Below are positions 41,534-55,489 of a DNA stretch of 64,000 nt, piece by piece. The position numbers and the translations under genes are program-made. Location of the stretch: positions 279,744,001-279,808,000 of the forward strand of contig OZ024742.1 of assembly GCA_964016885.1 (NCBI GenBank), given 5' to 3'. Under the pieces are notes generated by a model. It did no database searches and was not told where the DNA came from. It saw only the letters and a program-made list of their open reading frames with translations. Within the stretch, counting starts at the first letter, position 1; each line of letters starts with the position of its first letter. The DNA is from Eledone cirrhosa. Lineage: Eukaryota.

Positions 41534-44500
41534 AGTATTCTATAAGTATTCTATAAGTCTCTAGCTGTGTCATTCTCGATGAAAGCACTGGATATGTAGT
41601 CCTGACGATTTCTAATAAGAATGAAACGCGTAGATTTACTTCCCTTGCTTTTATCGAGAATCTAATTGTAATACGTGACGTATTCTATTCTATAGCGATT
41701 AGGTCTTCAAAATGTTTATTATAAACATACAGAATATTTTCGAATATTCTATGTCTATATTCACATATATATCGCTATTTCAGAGCATTTATTCCAATTT
41801 CTAATTTCTGCCGGACCGGCAACCGCTCTTTCAAACCAGTTCCTGTACACAGCTAAGTATTCTATAAGTCTCTAGCTGTGTCATTCTCGATGAAAGCACT
41901 GGATATGTAGTCCTGACGATTTCTAATAAGAATGAAACGCGTAGATTTACTTCCCTTGCTTTTATCGAGAATCTAATTGTAATACGTGACGTATTCTATT
42001 CTATAGCGATTAGGTCTTCAAAATGTTTATTATAAACATACAGAATATTTTCGAATATTCTATGTCTATATTCACATATATATCGCTATTTCAGAGCATT
42101 TATTCCAATTTCTAATTTCTGCCGGACCGGCAACCGCTCTTTCAAACCAGTTCCTGTACACAGCTAAGTATTCTATAAGTCTCTAGCTGTGTCATTCTCG
42201 ATGAAAGCACTGGATATGTAGTCCTGACGATTTCTAATAAGAATGAAACGCGTAGATTTACTTCCCTTGCTTTTATCGAGAATCTAATTGTAATACGTGA
42301 CGTATTCTATTCTATAGCGATTAGGTCTTCAAAATGTTTATTATAAACATACAGAATATTTTCGAATATTCTATGTCTATATTCACATATATATCGCTAT
42401 TTCAGAGCATTTATTCCAATTTCTAATTTCTGCCGGACCGGCAACCGCTCTTTCAAACCAGTTCCTGTACACAGCTAAGTATTCTATAAGTCTCTAGCTG
42501 TGTCATTCTCGATGAAAGCACTGGATATGTAGTCCTGACGATTTCTAATAAGAATGAAACGCGTAGATTTACTTCCCTTGCTTTTATCGAGAATCTAATT
42601 GTAATACGTGACGTATTCTATTCTATAGCGATTAGGTCTTCAAAATGTTTATTATAAACATACAGAATATTTTCGAATATTCTATGTCTATATTCACATA
42701 TATATCGCTATTTCAGAGCATTTATTCCAATTTCTAATTTCTGCCGGACCGGCAACCGCTCTTTCAAACCAGTTCCTGTACACAGCTAAGTATTCTATAA
42801 GTCTCTAGCTGTGTCATTCTCGATGAAAGCACTGGATATGTAGTCCTGACGATTTCTAATAAGAATGAAACGCGTAGATTTACTTCCCTTGCTTTTATCG
42901 AGAATCTAATTGTAATACGTGACGTATTCTATTCTATAGCGATTAGGTCTTCAAAATGTTTATTATAAACATACAGAATATTTTCGAATATTCTATGTCT
43001 ATATTCACATATATATCGCTATTTCAGAGCATTTATTCCAATTTCTAATTTCTGCCGGACCGGCAACCGCTCTTTCAAACCAGTTCCTGTACACAGCTAA
43101 GTATTCTATAAGTCTCTAGCTGTGTCATTCTCGATGAAAGCACTGGATATGTAGTCCTGACGATTTCTAATAAGAATGAAACGCGTAGATTTACTTCCCT
43201 TGCTTTTATCGAGAATCTAATTGTAATACGTGACGTATTCTATTCTATAGCGATTAGGTCTTCAAAATGTTTATTATAAACATACAGAATATTTTCGAAT
43301 ATTCTATGTCTATATTCACATATATATCGCTATTTCAGAGCATTTATTCCAATTTCTAATTTCTGCCGGACCGGCAACCGCTCTTTCAAACCAGTTCCTG
43401 TACACAGCTAAGTATTCTATAAGTCTCTAGCTGTGTCATTCTCGATGAAAGCACTGGATATGTAGTCCTGACGATTTCTAATAAGAATGAAACGCGTAGA
43501 TTTACTTCCCTTGCTTTTATCGAGAATCTAATTGTAATACGTGACGTATTCTATTCTATAGCGATTAGGTCTTCAAAATGTTTATTATAAACATACAGAA
43601 TATTTTCGAATATTCTATGTCTATATTCACATATATATCGCTATTTCAGAGCATTTATTCCAATTTCTAATTTCTGCCGGACCGGCAACCGCTCTTTCAA
43701 ACCAGTTCCTGTACACAGCTAAGTATTCTATAAGTCTCTAGCTGTGTCATTCTCGATGAAAGCACTGGATATGTAGTCCTGACGATTTCTAATAAGAATG
43801 AAACGCGTAGATTTACTTCCCTTGCTTTTATCGAGAATCTAATTGTAATACGTGACGTATTCTATTCTATAGCGATTAGGTCTTCAAAATGTTTATTATA
43901 AACATACAGAATATTTTCGAATATTCTATGTCTATATTCACATATATATCGCTATTTCAGAGCATTTATTCCAATTTCTAATTTCTGCCGGACCGGCAAC
44001 CGCTCTTTCAAACCAGTTCCTGTACACAGCTAAGTATTCTATAAGTCTCTAGCTGTGTCATTCTCGATGAAAGCACTGGATATGTAGTCCTGACGATTTC
44101 TAATAAGAATGAAACGCGTAGATTTACTTCCCTTGCTTTTATCGAGAATCTAATTGTAATACGTGACGTATTCTATTCTATAGCGATTAGGTCTTCAAAA
44201 TGTTTATTATAAACATACAGAATATTTTCGAATATTCTATGTCTATATTCACATATATATCGCTATTTCAGAGCATTTATTCCAATTTCTAATTTCTGCC
44301 GGACCGGCAACCGCTCTTTCAAACCAGTTCCTGTACACAGCTAAGTATTCTATAAGTCTCTAGCTGTGTCATTCTCGATGAAAGCACTGGATATGTAGTC
44401 CTGACGATTTCTAATAAGAATGAAACGCGTAGATTTACTTCCCTTGCTTTTATCGAGAATCTAATTGTAATACGTGACGTATTCTATTCTATAGCGATTA

Positions 44501-45794
44501 GGTCTTCAAAATGTTTATTATAAACATACAGAATATTTTCGAATATTCTATGTCTATATTCACATATATATCGCTATTTCAGAGCATTTATTCCAATTTC
44601 TAATTTCTGCCGGACCGGCAACCGCTCTTTCAAACCAGTTCCTGTACACAGCTAAGTATTCTATAAGTCTCTAGCTGTGTCATTCTCGATGAAAGCACTG
44701 GATATGTAGTCCTGACGATTTCTAATAAGAATGAAACGCGTAGATTTACTTCCCTTGCTTTTATCGAGAATCTAATTGTAATACGTGACGTATTCTATTC
44801 TATAGCGATTAGGTCTTCAAAATGTTTATTATAAACATACAGAATATTTTCGAATATTCTATGTCTATATTCACATATATATCGCTATTTCAGAGCATTT
44901 ATTCCAATTTCTAATTTCTGCCGGACCGGCAACCGCTCTTTCAAACCAGTTCCTGTACACAGCTAAGTATTCTATAAGTCTCTAGCTGTGTCATTCTCGA
45001 TGAAAGCACTGGATATGTAGTCCTGACGATTTCTAATAAGAATGAAACGCGTAGATTTACTTCCCTTGCTTTTATCGAGAATCTAATTGTAATACGTGAC
45101 GTATTCTATTCTATAGCGATTAGGTCTTCAAAATGTTTATTATAAACATACAGAATATTTTCGAATATTCTATGTCTATATTCACATATATATCGCTATT
45201 TCAGAGCATTTATTCCAATTTCTAATTTCTGCCGGACCGGCAACCGCTCTTTCAAACCAGTTCCTGTACACAGCTAAGTATTCTATAAGTCTCTAGCTGT
45301 GTCATTCTCGATGAAAGCACTGGATATGTAGTCCTGACGATTTCTAATAAGAATGAAACGCGTAGATTTACTTCCCTTGCTTTTATCGAGAATCTAATTG
45401 TAATACGTGACGTATTCTATTCTATAGCGATTAGGTCTTCAAAATGTTTATTATAAACATACAGAATATTTTCGAATATTCTATGTCTATATTCACATAT
45501 ATATCGCTATTTCAGAGCATTTATTCCAATTTCTAATTTCTGCCGGACCGGCAACCGCTCTTTCAAACCAGTTCCTGTACACAGCTAAGTATTCTATAAG
45601 TCTCTAGCTGTGTCATTCTCGATGAAAGCACTGGATATGTAGTCCTGACGATTTCTAATAAGAATGAAACGCGTAGATTTACTTCCCTTGCTTTTATCGA
45701 GAATCTAATTGTAATACGTGACGTATTCTATTCTATAGCGATTAGGTCTTCAAAATGTTTATTATAAACATACAGAATATTTTCGAATATTCTA

Positions 45795-45803
<9 letters not shown>
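41531..45803 (+). mobile_element. Non-LTR retrozyme-like tandem array, right arm: about 13.7 x 311-bp monomers, 14 HHRs on the plus strand
   Basis: Reverse complement of the left-arm monomer; HHRs at 41596 + 311k (k = 0-13); ends in (TA)n. Confidence 0.9.
41596..41639 (+). ncRNA. Minimal type I hammerhead ribozyme (representative of 24 copies); predicted cleavage after 41632
   Basis: gtagtc CTGACGA tttct aata agaat GAAA cgcg TA gatttac: intact core, palindromic CGCG stem III, stem I extended by attctcgatgaaagca/tgcttttatcgagaat. Confidence 0.88.
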
Positions 45804-45845
<42 letters not shown>

Positions 45846-47050
45846 GTATATGTATCTGTATATATATGTATATATGTGTATGTGTACGTGTATATATACA
45901 CATGTGTATGTGTGTCTGTATATTTGTATTTGTATGTGTATATATGTATTTATGTGTGTGTGTGCATGTATATATATCTATCTATATATATATATATGTA
46001 TTTATATACAGACACAGGCACAAACAGTGTAAAGTGAAAAAGGGAAGTTATGTAAAGTTCGGCAGAGTGATAGTGAGACAGTGATGGTGAGACAGAGTTA
46101 GAGTGAGACAGAGTGAGGGCGAGACAGTGGGAGATAAAGATATAAAATGTAACACACAGAATGATTAATAATTATAGGGAGAAAATACATGTTCTTAAGT
46201 TGTATAAATTGTTTTTGTTTGTATTGTTTTTACCACAGTTTTTGTTTTGTGTATTTTCATTTCTTTTCTGAAAGCGGAGCAATGGAGGAAGAAAAATAAA
46301 TTAACGCTTGTAGTGGGATCGACGAAAGAAAAAAAAAACATAGAAAAGATGATAGCAAGATGAAGACATGTACCAATAGATAGAAGATTGATGACGGAAT
46401 GACATCTTAGTACAAAAATGGACATTCATCATACAGGCTCAGCTGGGTGCATCTAGAAACCATTACAAAAGGTATAATAGTCAACATTTGAAAGCAAAAG
46501 AAAGAAAGAGAGAAGGATAGCGAGAGTGGTTAGGAGAAAGAAAAAAAATTGGCATGTAGATAGATATATATAGAGAGAGATTGTTAGAGAAAGGGGAGAG
46601 AGGGAGACAGCAAGGCGAAAACAAAATGGCGTATCTGCATATCTGCTTCACACATCATATTTTTGGCACGACTGCCAACTGCCACCTGTACAAATTATGT
46701 TTACGTCACGTTTTAACACACGTCTCACATATTAACCATCTGCAACTATGTATAGCTATGTATAACTATGTATATATGTGCGTATATATAACAGCTGAGT
46801 TGAACTTAAAACATAGAGAAGACACATGAGCGTCACCTCGACGCCACAAGGTCAAAATTAACAACAAAGTATATGTGTATGTCTATTTGTAGTGAGTATA
46901 TAGCTTTCTGTCTTTTGTGTCTATATGTCTGTGGCTCATATATAACTACACCCTCTCTCATCATTACACACATACATGTAATATAAACGGACATGAATAT
47001 ATATTTGTATATATATATATATATATATATGTGTTATATATATATGTATA

Positions 47051-47083
<33 letters not shown>

Positions 47084-47085
47084 GC

Positions 47086-47159
<74 letters not shown>

Positions 47160-48324
47160 TTATGTGCGTACATACAAACGAAAATTAATACATACACACA
47201 CAAACATATATATACATATATATGAATATATATGTGCGTGTGTATATGTGTGTGTATGTGTGTGTGCGAGCGTATATATACATATTAAGTGTAGATGGAA
47301 ACAGTTAAATATTACATGACAAAAGAGTCTATGCCTGTGCGTAGAGTGTAACGGAGTTTTAATTTCTTTTTACCGAAATATTAACAGTTACTTCGAGTTC
47401 TCCCCAGTGCCAAGCTTCATCACCCCCATTATTAATATCACCAACATCATCCCGCCGTTCAGAATATGAGACCACTAAATAATTCACATAACAATTCCAA
47501 ACCAAGCACGAAAGCAAATTCCAAACTAAGAAAAACAAAAATGAAAATTAATCAATATAAAATGTTAAACGCAAACACAGTCGTGGTTTCCTTATAATAT
47601 ACTTAAAATACACATTTTTTCAAGATGGCTGACTGACAAGAAACCCTGCTTCTTTCCTTTCAACGATTTTCTCTGTTTTTATTCGTACTCTCGTCTGTTT
47701 TCCTTTCACGTTTCTCTTTCAAAAATTCCCGATTCTCTCTGTTTCTCTATCATCTGATGAAACCTATCGCACGAACCGTTAAGATAACATTACAACTATA
47801 TCAATCGTTTGATTAATATATCAGCTTTCTATTGCATTGTGCTCCTTCAATGCTTTTTCTCGATGTGTGTGTGTCTGTTTATGCACACACACACACAACA
47901 CACACACACATATATATATATGCATATATGTATTGTTATACTTTGGCAGGGTCGTGTTGTCAATAAAGAACATGCACACTGGTTTTCACTTCAATTTATT
48001 ACACATTTCGTTTGGTTAGTTCAATAACCGGATGGTTGTTTAAATATTGTCAAAGCTTTTTCGTGACACATTCTGTGACTTGATCAGTGACTGATTTGTT
48101 ATATCTCGATCGAATATAACAAGAGTTTCACTGATATATATATATAAACACACTCACACACACACCAACACACACATACACATACGTACACGCACACAGA
48201 TACACACACACATATATATGTATGAGTGAGTGTGTGTGTTGGTGTGTGTGTGAATGTGGTTGTATATATATATATGTACACACTCACACACACACATACA
48301 CCAATACACACACACACACACACT

Positions 48325-48393
<69 letters not shown>

Positions 48394-48592
48394 ATATATA
48401 TATACAATATGTTGAAAGGGTAACACACTAGAGAGAGAGGGGGGGGGGGTTATCGTGTGCCATCAATAAAACAGGGAAGACCACCAGTGTATGGAATGTA
48501 TACTCTATGGAAGGCAGGGTAGCCACACAATAATTAAAAATATAAATTAAAATAAATATACGCACCTCTATAACTATATAACTATATTTGTA

Positions 48593-48671
48593 ACGCGTAC
48601 AAATCCAAATATATCTGTTTCGCCAGGAAATTGTTGACTGAAGTGGAATCGTCTATGGGTCATCAGCGCGT
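48593..48671 (-). ncRNA. Type I hammerhead ribozyme in a small (TA)n-flanked element (about 48405-48727)
   Basis: Minus strand: acgcg CTGATGA ccca...tggc GAAA cagat-atatttgg-atttg TA cgcgt; 5-bp stems I and III. Confidence 0.78.
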
Positions 48672-48722
48672 GTAAGACAATAGAATCAATTGTCTTACAC
48701 GTTAATGGCTCCGTTAATTTAT

Positions 48723-48763
<41 letters not shown>

Positions 48764-48895
48764 AGACTCTTGTTCCATTCATTCGAGATATAAGCCTGAC
48801 CATCACAGTTAGGGAGTTATAAGATTAGTAAAACTTTGCTTTCGTTTATATACCTATAAATCTACATTCTTAATATCGCTCCCTCACGCACACAC

Positions 48896-48938
<43 letters not shown>

Positions 48939-49668
48939 CGCGCGCACGTATGTTGTTGGACCTCCATCTGAACCGAGTGATGCAGTTTGTTAAACATCAG
49001 GACAACCTGATCTTGATATTAATATGCAAGTTCTAAGCATTACATAAACACATGCACCGATAACATAATTCTCAGTCTGATTCATATGACACATTGTATT
49101 ACAAGCTTAAATATATAACTACAAATTCTTTTTGCTGTTTAAGTGGACTGATGCACAAATGAAATAAGTCTAATTCTCAGTGGTGTGACACATCGCCTGA
49201 AATCGAATTCCCGACCTTACGATTGTAAGCCGGGCATCCTAATGCCTCGTACCTTCACATAAACACACCCAGGCAAAGACACACATATACATATAAATTC
49301 ATTGACAATTTTTCATTGAGAAACAGGAAATTTGTACAAGTCTGTGTCTGAACAAGTGAATTCTGGTAAACAAAACAGAATAACATAAAAATGAATGATA
49401 AAAAAATGTTCAAAAATTGCTTTCAGTTTAATACTTAGTGTGAAATATATTTCTACACACTGAGTAGATTAAATGTTCCCACAAATCTCATTCATATACT
49501 AATATATATATATATCTTCATCTCTGTTCGTTGCATTCGATTTTCATTGGTTTTGCTATTGTGCACTTTTACTCGAGCTTATTGTAAACCCCCACTGTCC
49601 GTGTCTTTGTATTGTACCCTACATGTCGGCCCTTGTGGCCAATAAATGAAATCATTATTACTCAAATC

Positions 49669-50695
49669 CGGGCGGTGGATTGGCAGTATCAGTAGAGAGT
49701 CGGACGCCATGCTTTCCAGCATATTTACGTCCCTTTACGGTCTGAATTCAAATCCCGCCGAGGTTAACTTTGTCTTTCATCCTTACGGGGTCGATAAAAT
49801 AAAGTACCAGTAATGCACTGGGTAATTGCTGGCCTTGTGCCTAAAGTAGAAACAATTACTGTTATTGTTAGGGTGGTTGATTGACAGTATCGGTAGAAGG
49901 TCGGACGCCATGCTTTGCAGCATAGAATTACGCCCCTTTACGGTCTGAGTCCAAATCCCGCCGAGGTTAATTTTCCCTTTCATCCTTACGGGGTCGATAA
50001 AATAAAGCACCAGTAATGCCCTGGGACCGATTTAATTGACTTTCCCCTCTCCTTAAAAAAATTGCTGGCCTAAAGTAGAATCAATTATTATTATTAGTAT
50101 TATTGTTAGGGTGGTGGATGTGCAGTATCAGTAGAGCAACAGAAACCATGCTTTGCAGCAAAGAGTTACAGACCTTTACTTTCTGAGTTCAAATCCCACC
50201 AAGGTTAGCTTTGCCTTCTATACTTACGGGATCGATAAAATAAAGTATCACTAACACACTTGAGTCGATTTAATCGAAATTCCCTCCACAACATTTGCTG
50301 GCCTTGTATCTAAATCAGAAACCATTATTTTTGTTATTGGGGTGAATTGGCAGTATCGGTAGAGGGTCGGATATGCTTTCCAAGCATAGTTACGTCCCTT
50401 TACGATCTTAGTTCAAATCCCGCCGAGGTTAACTTTGCCTTTCATCCATACAGAGGTCGATAAAATAAAGTACCAGTAATGTACTGGGTAATTGCTGGCC
50501 TTGTGCCAAAAGTAGAAACCATTATTTTTGTTATTGTTGTGGCGGTGGATTGGCAGTATCTGTAACGCCTCGGACAATGTGCTTTGCGGCATAGAGTTAT
50601 GGCCTTTTAATGTCAGAGTTTGAATCCCGTCGAGGTTAGATTTGCCTTTCATCCTTACGAGGTCGATAAAATAATGTACCATTATTATTATTATT
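49669..50695 (+). mobile_element. Head-to-tail cluster of five tRNA-derived SINE copies
   Basis: Copies start at about 49670, 49870, 50108, 50339 and 50540, separated by (TTA/TTG)n tails. Confidence 0.9.
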
Positions 50696-51106
50696 TGCTT
50701 TTTATTTAATCCATTCTCATACACGCCAGCCGAGCAATACAAGTCACTTAAATTTACTGATTATATATTTGGCTGTTTGGGGCTGTTTTTTTTTCTTTCA
50801 CTTTATGGCTGTAATTTTCCTCATTCTTCTAGCTAGCCAAAATATATATACACGAAGTCTATCTAAAAATTGCTTCTTACATTCAAAATATTTATGACTC
50901 ATATTTATGCGATAGGATGTAGGTTGAGCTTATCAAAAATGCAATCTCCATTCCGGACTGCATTTTTGAATGGTTACGAAATTTCTTTATCAAGCATAAG
51001 ATCCCGGTCTAGAGTTGTGTCTTACTGAGTGGCAACAGAAGGGATATTTTTTAGCCTTGTGTGCATGGGGACAAGGTGACGATGGATGTCGTCGGGCTAC
51101 CGTCAT

Positions 51107-51171
<65 letters not shown>

Positions 51172-53372
51172 CATATAAAACGCTATAAGGTAACATTTGA
51201 ATAGCAGAATAATTTTGGCGAATGCGAAATACTTCACAATATCGGAATGAATTATACATATAAGAATATGCTAACTTGTTGAGAATATTGGAATTCATAT
51301 ATATGTATATATTACTATAACGTAACGTCTGAGTAAAGAAATAATTTTGTGAAATGCGTAATACTTCATAATATTTTAATTGAAAATGTATATATTAGAA
51401 TATTATGTAACACCTGAATAAGGGCTAACTTGCTGAGGATAACGGAATGAGATCAAACACGCATATATAATAATATAAGTTATCATGTGAATAAAGGAAT
51501 ATTTTTTTTAATTAAATGTCGAATATATTTTAGACTTTCTCTTTGGCGATTTCTAATAAAATCTTTACAACATCATTGGTTCTGTGTTGCCTACGATAAT
51601 TTTCAAAATCTTCTCTAAATACACATATCAAATGCTTCTAACTAACTTGAGCATCATTTTGCTTGTCTACGTTTTATCAAAGAGTGGGCCACGCATAACA
51701 CTTCAATAATATGCTTTTGCGTATCATGTTAACGTTTCAAGATGTTAGTGTAGTTAGCATATTTTCAAATGACATTCTAGATAACTCAAACCCTTTCATG
51801 ATTTCTTCACTTCATTTCCCATTCGCTGATTGCATATGTTGTCCAGTAACTGAAACCCATCATTAAACACTTCACCTAGTCCTCCCTCTCCGAAGCAACG
51901 TCCCCCTCGATTTCTCTCTGTGCACATCTCTTTCCCGCGGTAGTCGAAAGTCAACAATAGTTTATCGGTAGTCAACGGTAATTTAAACTAAACATAATCA
52001 GCCTTTTCAAATTTCATGTGAAGAGCCACTTCCTCTTGGCAGGGATATTCAGTCTGACACGGTATGTGACAACGCTGGATTTTTGAATTACAAGTACAAC
52101 AATTAGTTTTCCCAGTTAAGTGGACTGGAGACAAGGGAAACATATTGACTTGGCCAAAAACAAAATGTGTTGCCGTGAACCGAACATCCTATTCTCTTAG
52201 CTACATGCCTGCATTGCGTGCGAAATATGGAGAAAGTGTAACACATTTGATAAGTGAATTATGTGATAGGAAGAAATATAAGAGAATGCATGATAATAAC
52301 ACATTAATGACAAGAGATTAATCAATGCCACATTGATAGTCCCCCTGAGTATTTTATACGCGCTAAAGTGGAAGATTCTATAGAGTCGTTAAACTTGCTA
52401 CAAACAGCAGCAAAATGTCCTTCAAGATAATTCTTGCAGGAAATAGAGAACGATATGATCTCTCAATCGCACTTTCACAAGTTACTCCCTCCGCCCAGCA
52501 ATATAAGGGCTGGAATAAACAGCACAAGAATCCCACCATCAGCTTTAGTGACTCCGCCAATCCACCAGTCCTTCCATTGTCATAGAATGGTACTTTATCA
52601 ATCAGGAAAGTATAAAAGCAATATTGCTCACGGTGAGACTTGAACTCAGGGTGCAGAGAGTCAGAACGAATACCGCAAGGAACTTCATACTTATGCTCTA
52701 AATACAGTCAATTCGCTCCCTTCTGGTGACTACAGGAAAACAGGATAACATTATTCAATATTTACTGACATTTGTAACGAAATAAAAATGATCTGATATG
52801 ATTTAAAGGCTATTTAGCTGAATGTATAGCAGCTAGATCTACCGTTTAGAACTGGGGTTGATATAACCAACAAAAGCCTTTAAATATGGTGTTCTAGCCT
52901 GGCCACTGTCTAATGAGAGAAAACCGAATAAAATAATAAAAGAATGAAATTTAAAATAAGTAGTAACATAATAGTATATCTAAAATAACATTGAGAGACT
53001 TTGAACAAATATTGTCGAAGAAGGAACTATTGTTACACTTCATATTGCAATCCTAGTGAAGTTAAATGAAGTGGAGTGATTCTCTTGTAATACTTGGAAA
53101 CACTGCAGGGAAAGGTGGATGTGTGTTTATATGGGAGGTGATAGAAAGTAAAAAGAATAATACACAAGTGCACGGCACCCTAGACGTCTAGGTTAGTTTA
53201 TTGTGGTGTTAGCTGGTTGTTGAAATATTGTTGGATAGAGAAAGGAAAGAAAAAAAAACATTGACTATATGAAAAGAAGGGGTGTGAGAATTGCGGAGCG
53301 CCGGAAATTAGACTGAACAAATGATGTAGAGAAATATAGATGAATAATGCGCTATTAAATTTACTCTAGCAC

Positions 53373-53489
<117 letters not shown>

Positions 53490-53493
53490 ATGG

Positions 53494-53695
<202 letters not shown>

Positions 53696-54797
53696 GCATG
53701 TATACACACATACACACGCACACAAATATATATATATATATGTATATATTTATATACATATGTGGGTGGGTGTGGATGTGGATGTGTGGTGTGTTTTATG
53801 CGTATATGTATGTGTGCCTTTGTAAGTGCATGTGACCGAGTTTGTGAGTGTATGTATATGTGTATGCGGGTGAGTTTCTCTGTGTGTGTGTGTGTGTGTG
53901 TGTATGCGGGAAGACGGAGTAGTTAGATACATTTGGAAATAAATATGTACATGAATACTTAGATACACAAACACACATATTACATATATACACACCACCA
54001 AACGCACAAAATACAAACAATCAATCTCAAACCCATAGACATATATGTACTAACACACTCACACATATTCATACACACAAACAAACGCCCAACATCATAT
54101 AACATATGGGCGAAAATTTCAGAAACGGAGTTTCTGAGAGTCCAATATCCTTTACTGACGTAAATTTGTAAGATTGTTAGAGCGTTGTATACATTGTATT
54201 GTGTTATTCGTTCTGAAACTCCACGTTCTGAGTTCAAATAACGTCAGGGTCAACTTTGATCTTCACCCTTCCAGAGTTAAGGAAATATATTGCTAGTCAA
54301 GTAGTAAGGTAGATATCATTTATTCAAAACCTCCAAATTGCTGACCTTCTGCTTAAATTTGAAACTAATGCTATGGTTGCTACATAGGGCGGTTTATTGA
54401 AAAAAGCTTTAGAGCATCAAACAAACGTTTAGCAGCATTTATGTTGAGTTTAATTCCTATCGATGTCGACTCTGCCTTTCATTCTTTTGAAGTTGATAAG
54501 ATATAGTTCGGGTAAATTATTACGTTGTTATAATTGATCTTCCTCTCCTCACAGATATCGGGCATTCTGCCCAAATTAGAAGCCATTAATATTGATACAA
54601 ATTATCTTTAGCTTTTGTTTTATTTGGTTCTTTCATGGGATTGGGCTGCACCAGCATCCGGGTTTGTTAGAAATAAAGGCAAGATGTCATCGTCCTTCCG
54701 GCACCCACTCAATATCATTGCTTTGATAAGCCGAACATGCTGCGTTCAGGTTTCAAATACACCGGTGATCATTGACTTTTATCATTTAATTATTAAG

Positions 54798-54992
54798 TGC
54801 GGTGAATTGGCAGTATCGGTAGAGGGTCGGATGCCATGCTTTGCAGCAAAGAGTTACGGCCCTTTATGGTCTGAGTTCAAATCCCGCCAAGGTTAACTTT
54901 GCCTTTCATCCTTACGGGGTCAATAAAATAAAGTACAAGTAATGTACTGGTTGATTGCTAGCCTGGTGCCAAAAGTAGAAACAATCATTTAA
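54798..54992 (+). mobile_element. tRNA-derived SINE (older diverged relatives at about 54160-54370 and 54385-54590)
   Basis: A-box, B-box, body and tail all match the family. Confidence 0.88.
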
Positions 54993-55164
54993 TTATAGGG
55001 GTCGATGTTTAAAGTACTTCGAATTTCAAATCATATAATCATTGGAGCGTTCCAATATTCATCACTCTCTGCTAAATTTCCATAAAAGAGTTCGTTCGCA
55101 ATTTGGTGGGGTCTTACAAACATTTGAAACGATTCCTGAAATAAGAAAAAGATAAAGAAAGTGA

Positions 55165-55472
55165 ATGGTTAAATTTTTCCTTTCATTATTGCACCAAAGC
55201 GACAACAATCCTACCTCTCTCGTATTCTTTTCTCACGTGAATGACATGGATCATCTGGTTCTTTATTCCTCACATCAACTGACCAAACGTGAACTAATTT
55301 CTACCAAGTAAGAACTTACTTGGTGTTCTTGGTAGAAATTTGTTCACGTTTGTTCAGTTGATGTGAGGAATAAAGAACCAGATGATCCATGTCATTCATA
55401 TGAGAAAAAGAATACGAGAGAGGTAGCATTGTTGTCGCTTTGGTGCAATAATGAAAAGGAAAATTTAAACAT
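55165..55472. repeat. Foldback inverted repeat (about 143-bp arms, nested central hairpin)
   Basis: ttattgcaccaaagcgacaacaat...ttctaccaag mirrored by cttggtagaa...attgttgtcgctttggtgcaataa. Confidence 0.92.
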
Positions 55473-55489
55473 CATATATGAATATATTA

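Noticed and set aside
38533-45803. CRISPR array or protein-coding tandem repeat
   Set aside because: No variable spacers, no cas genes, eukaryotic context; 311 is not a multiple of 3 and there are no long ORFs
49670-49760. tRNA gene
   Set aside because: A/B boxes belong to SINE heads; the spacing is too long and no full cloverleaf forms
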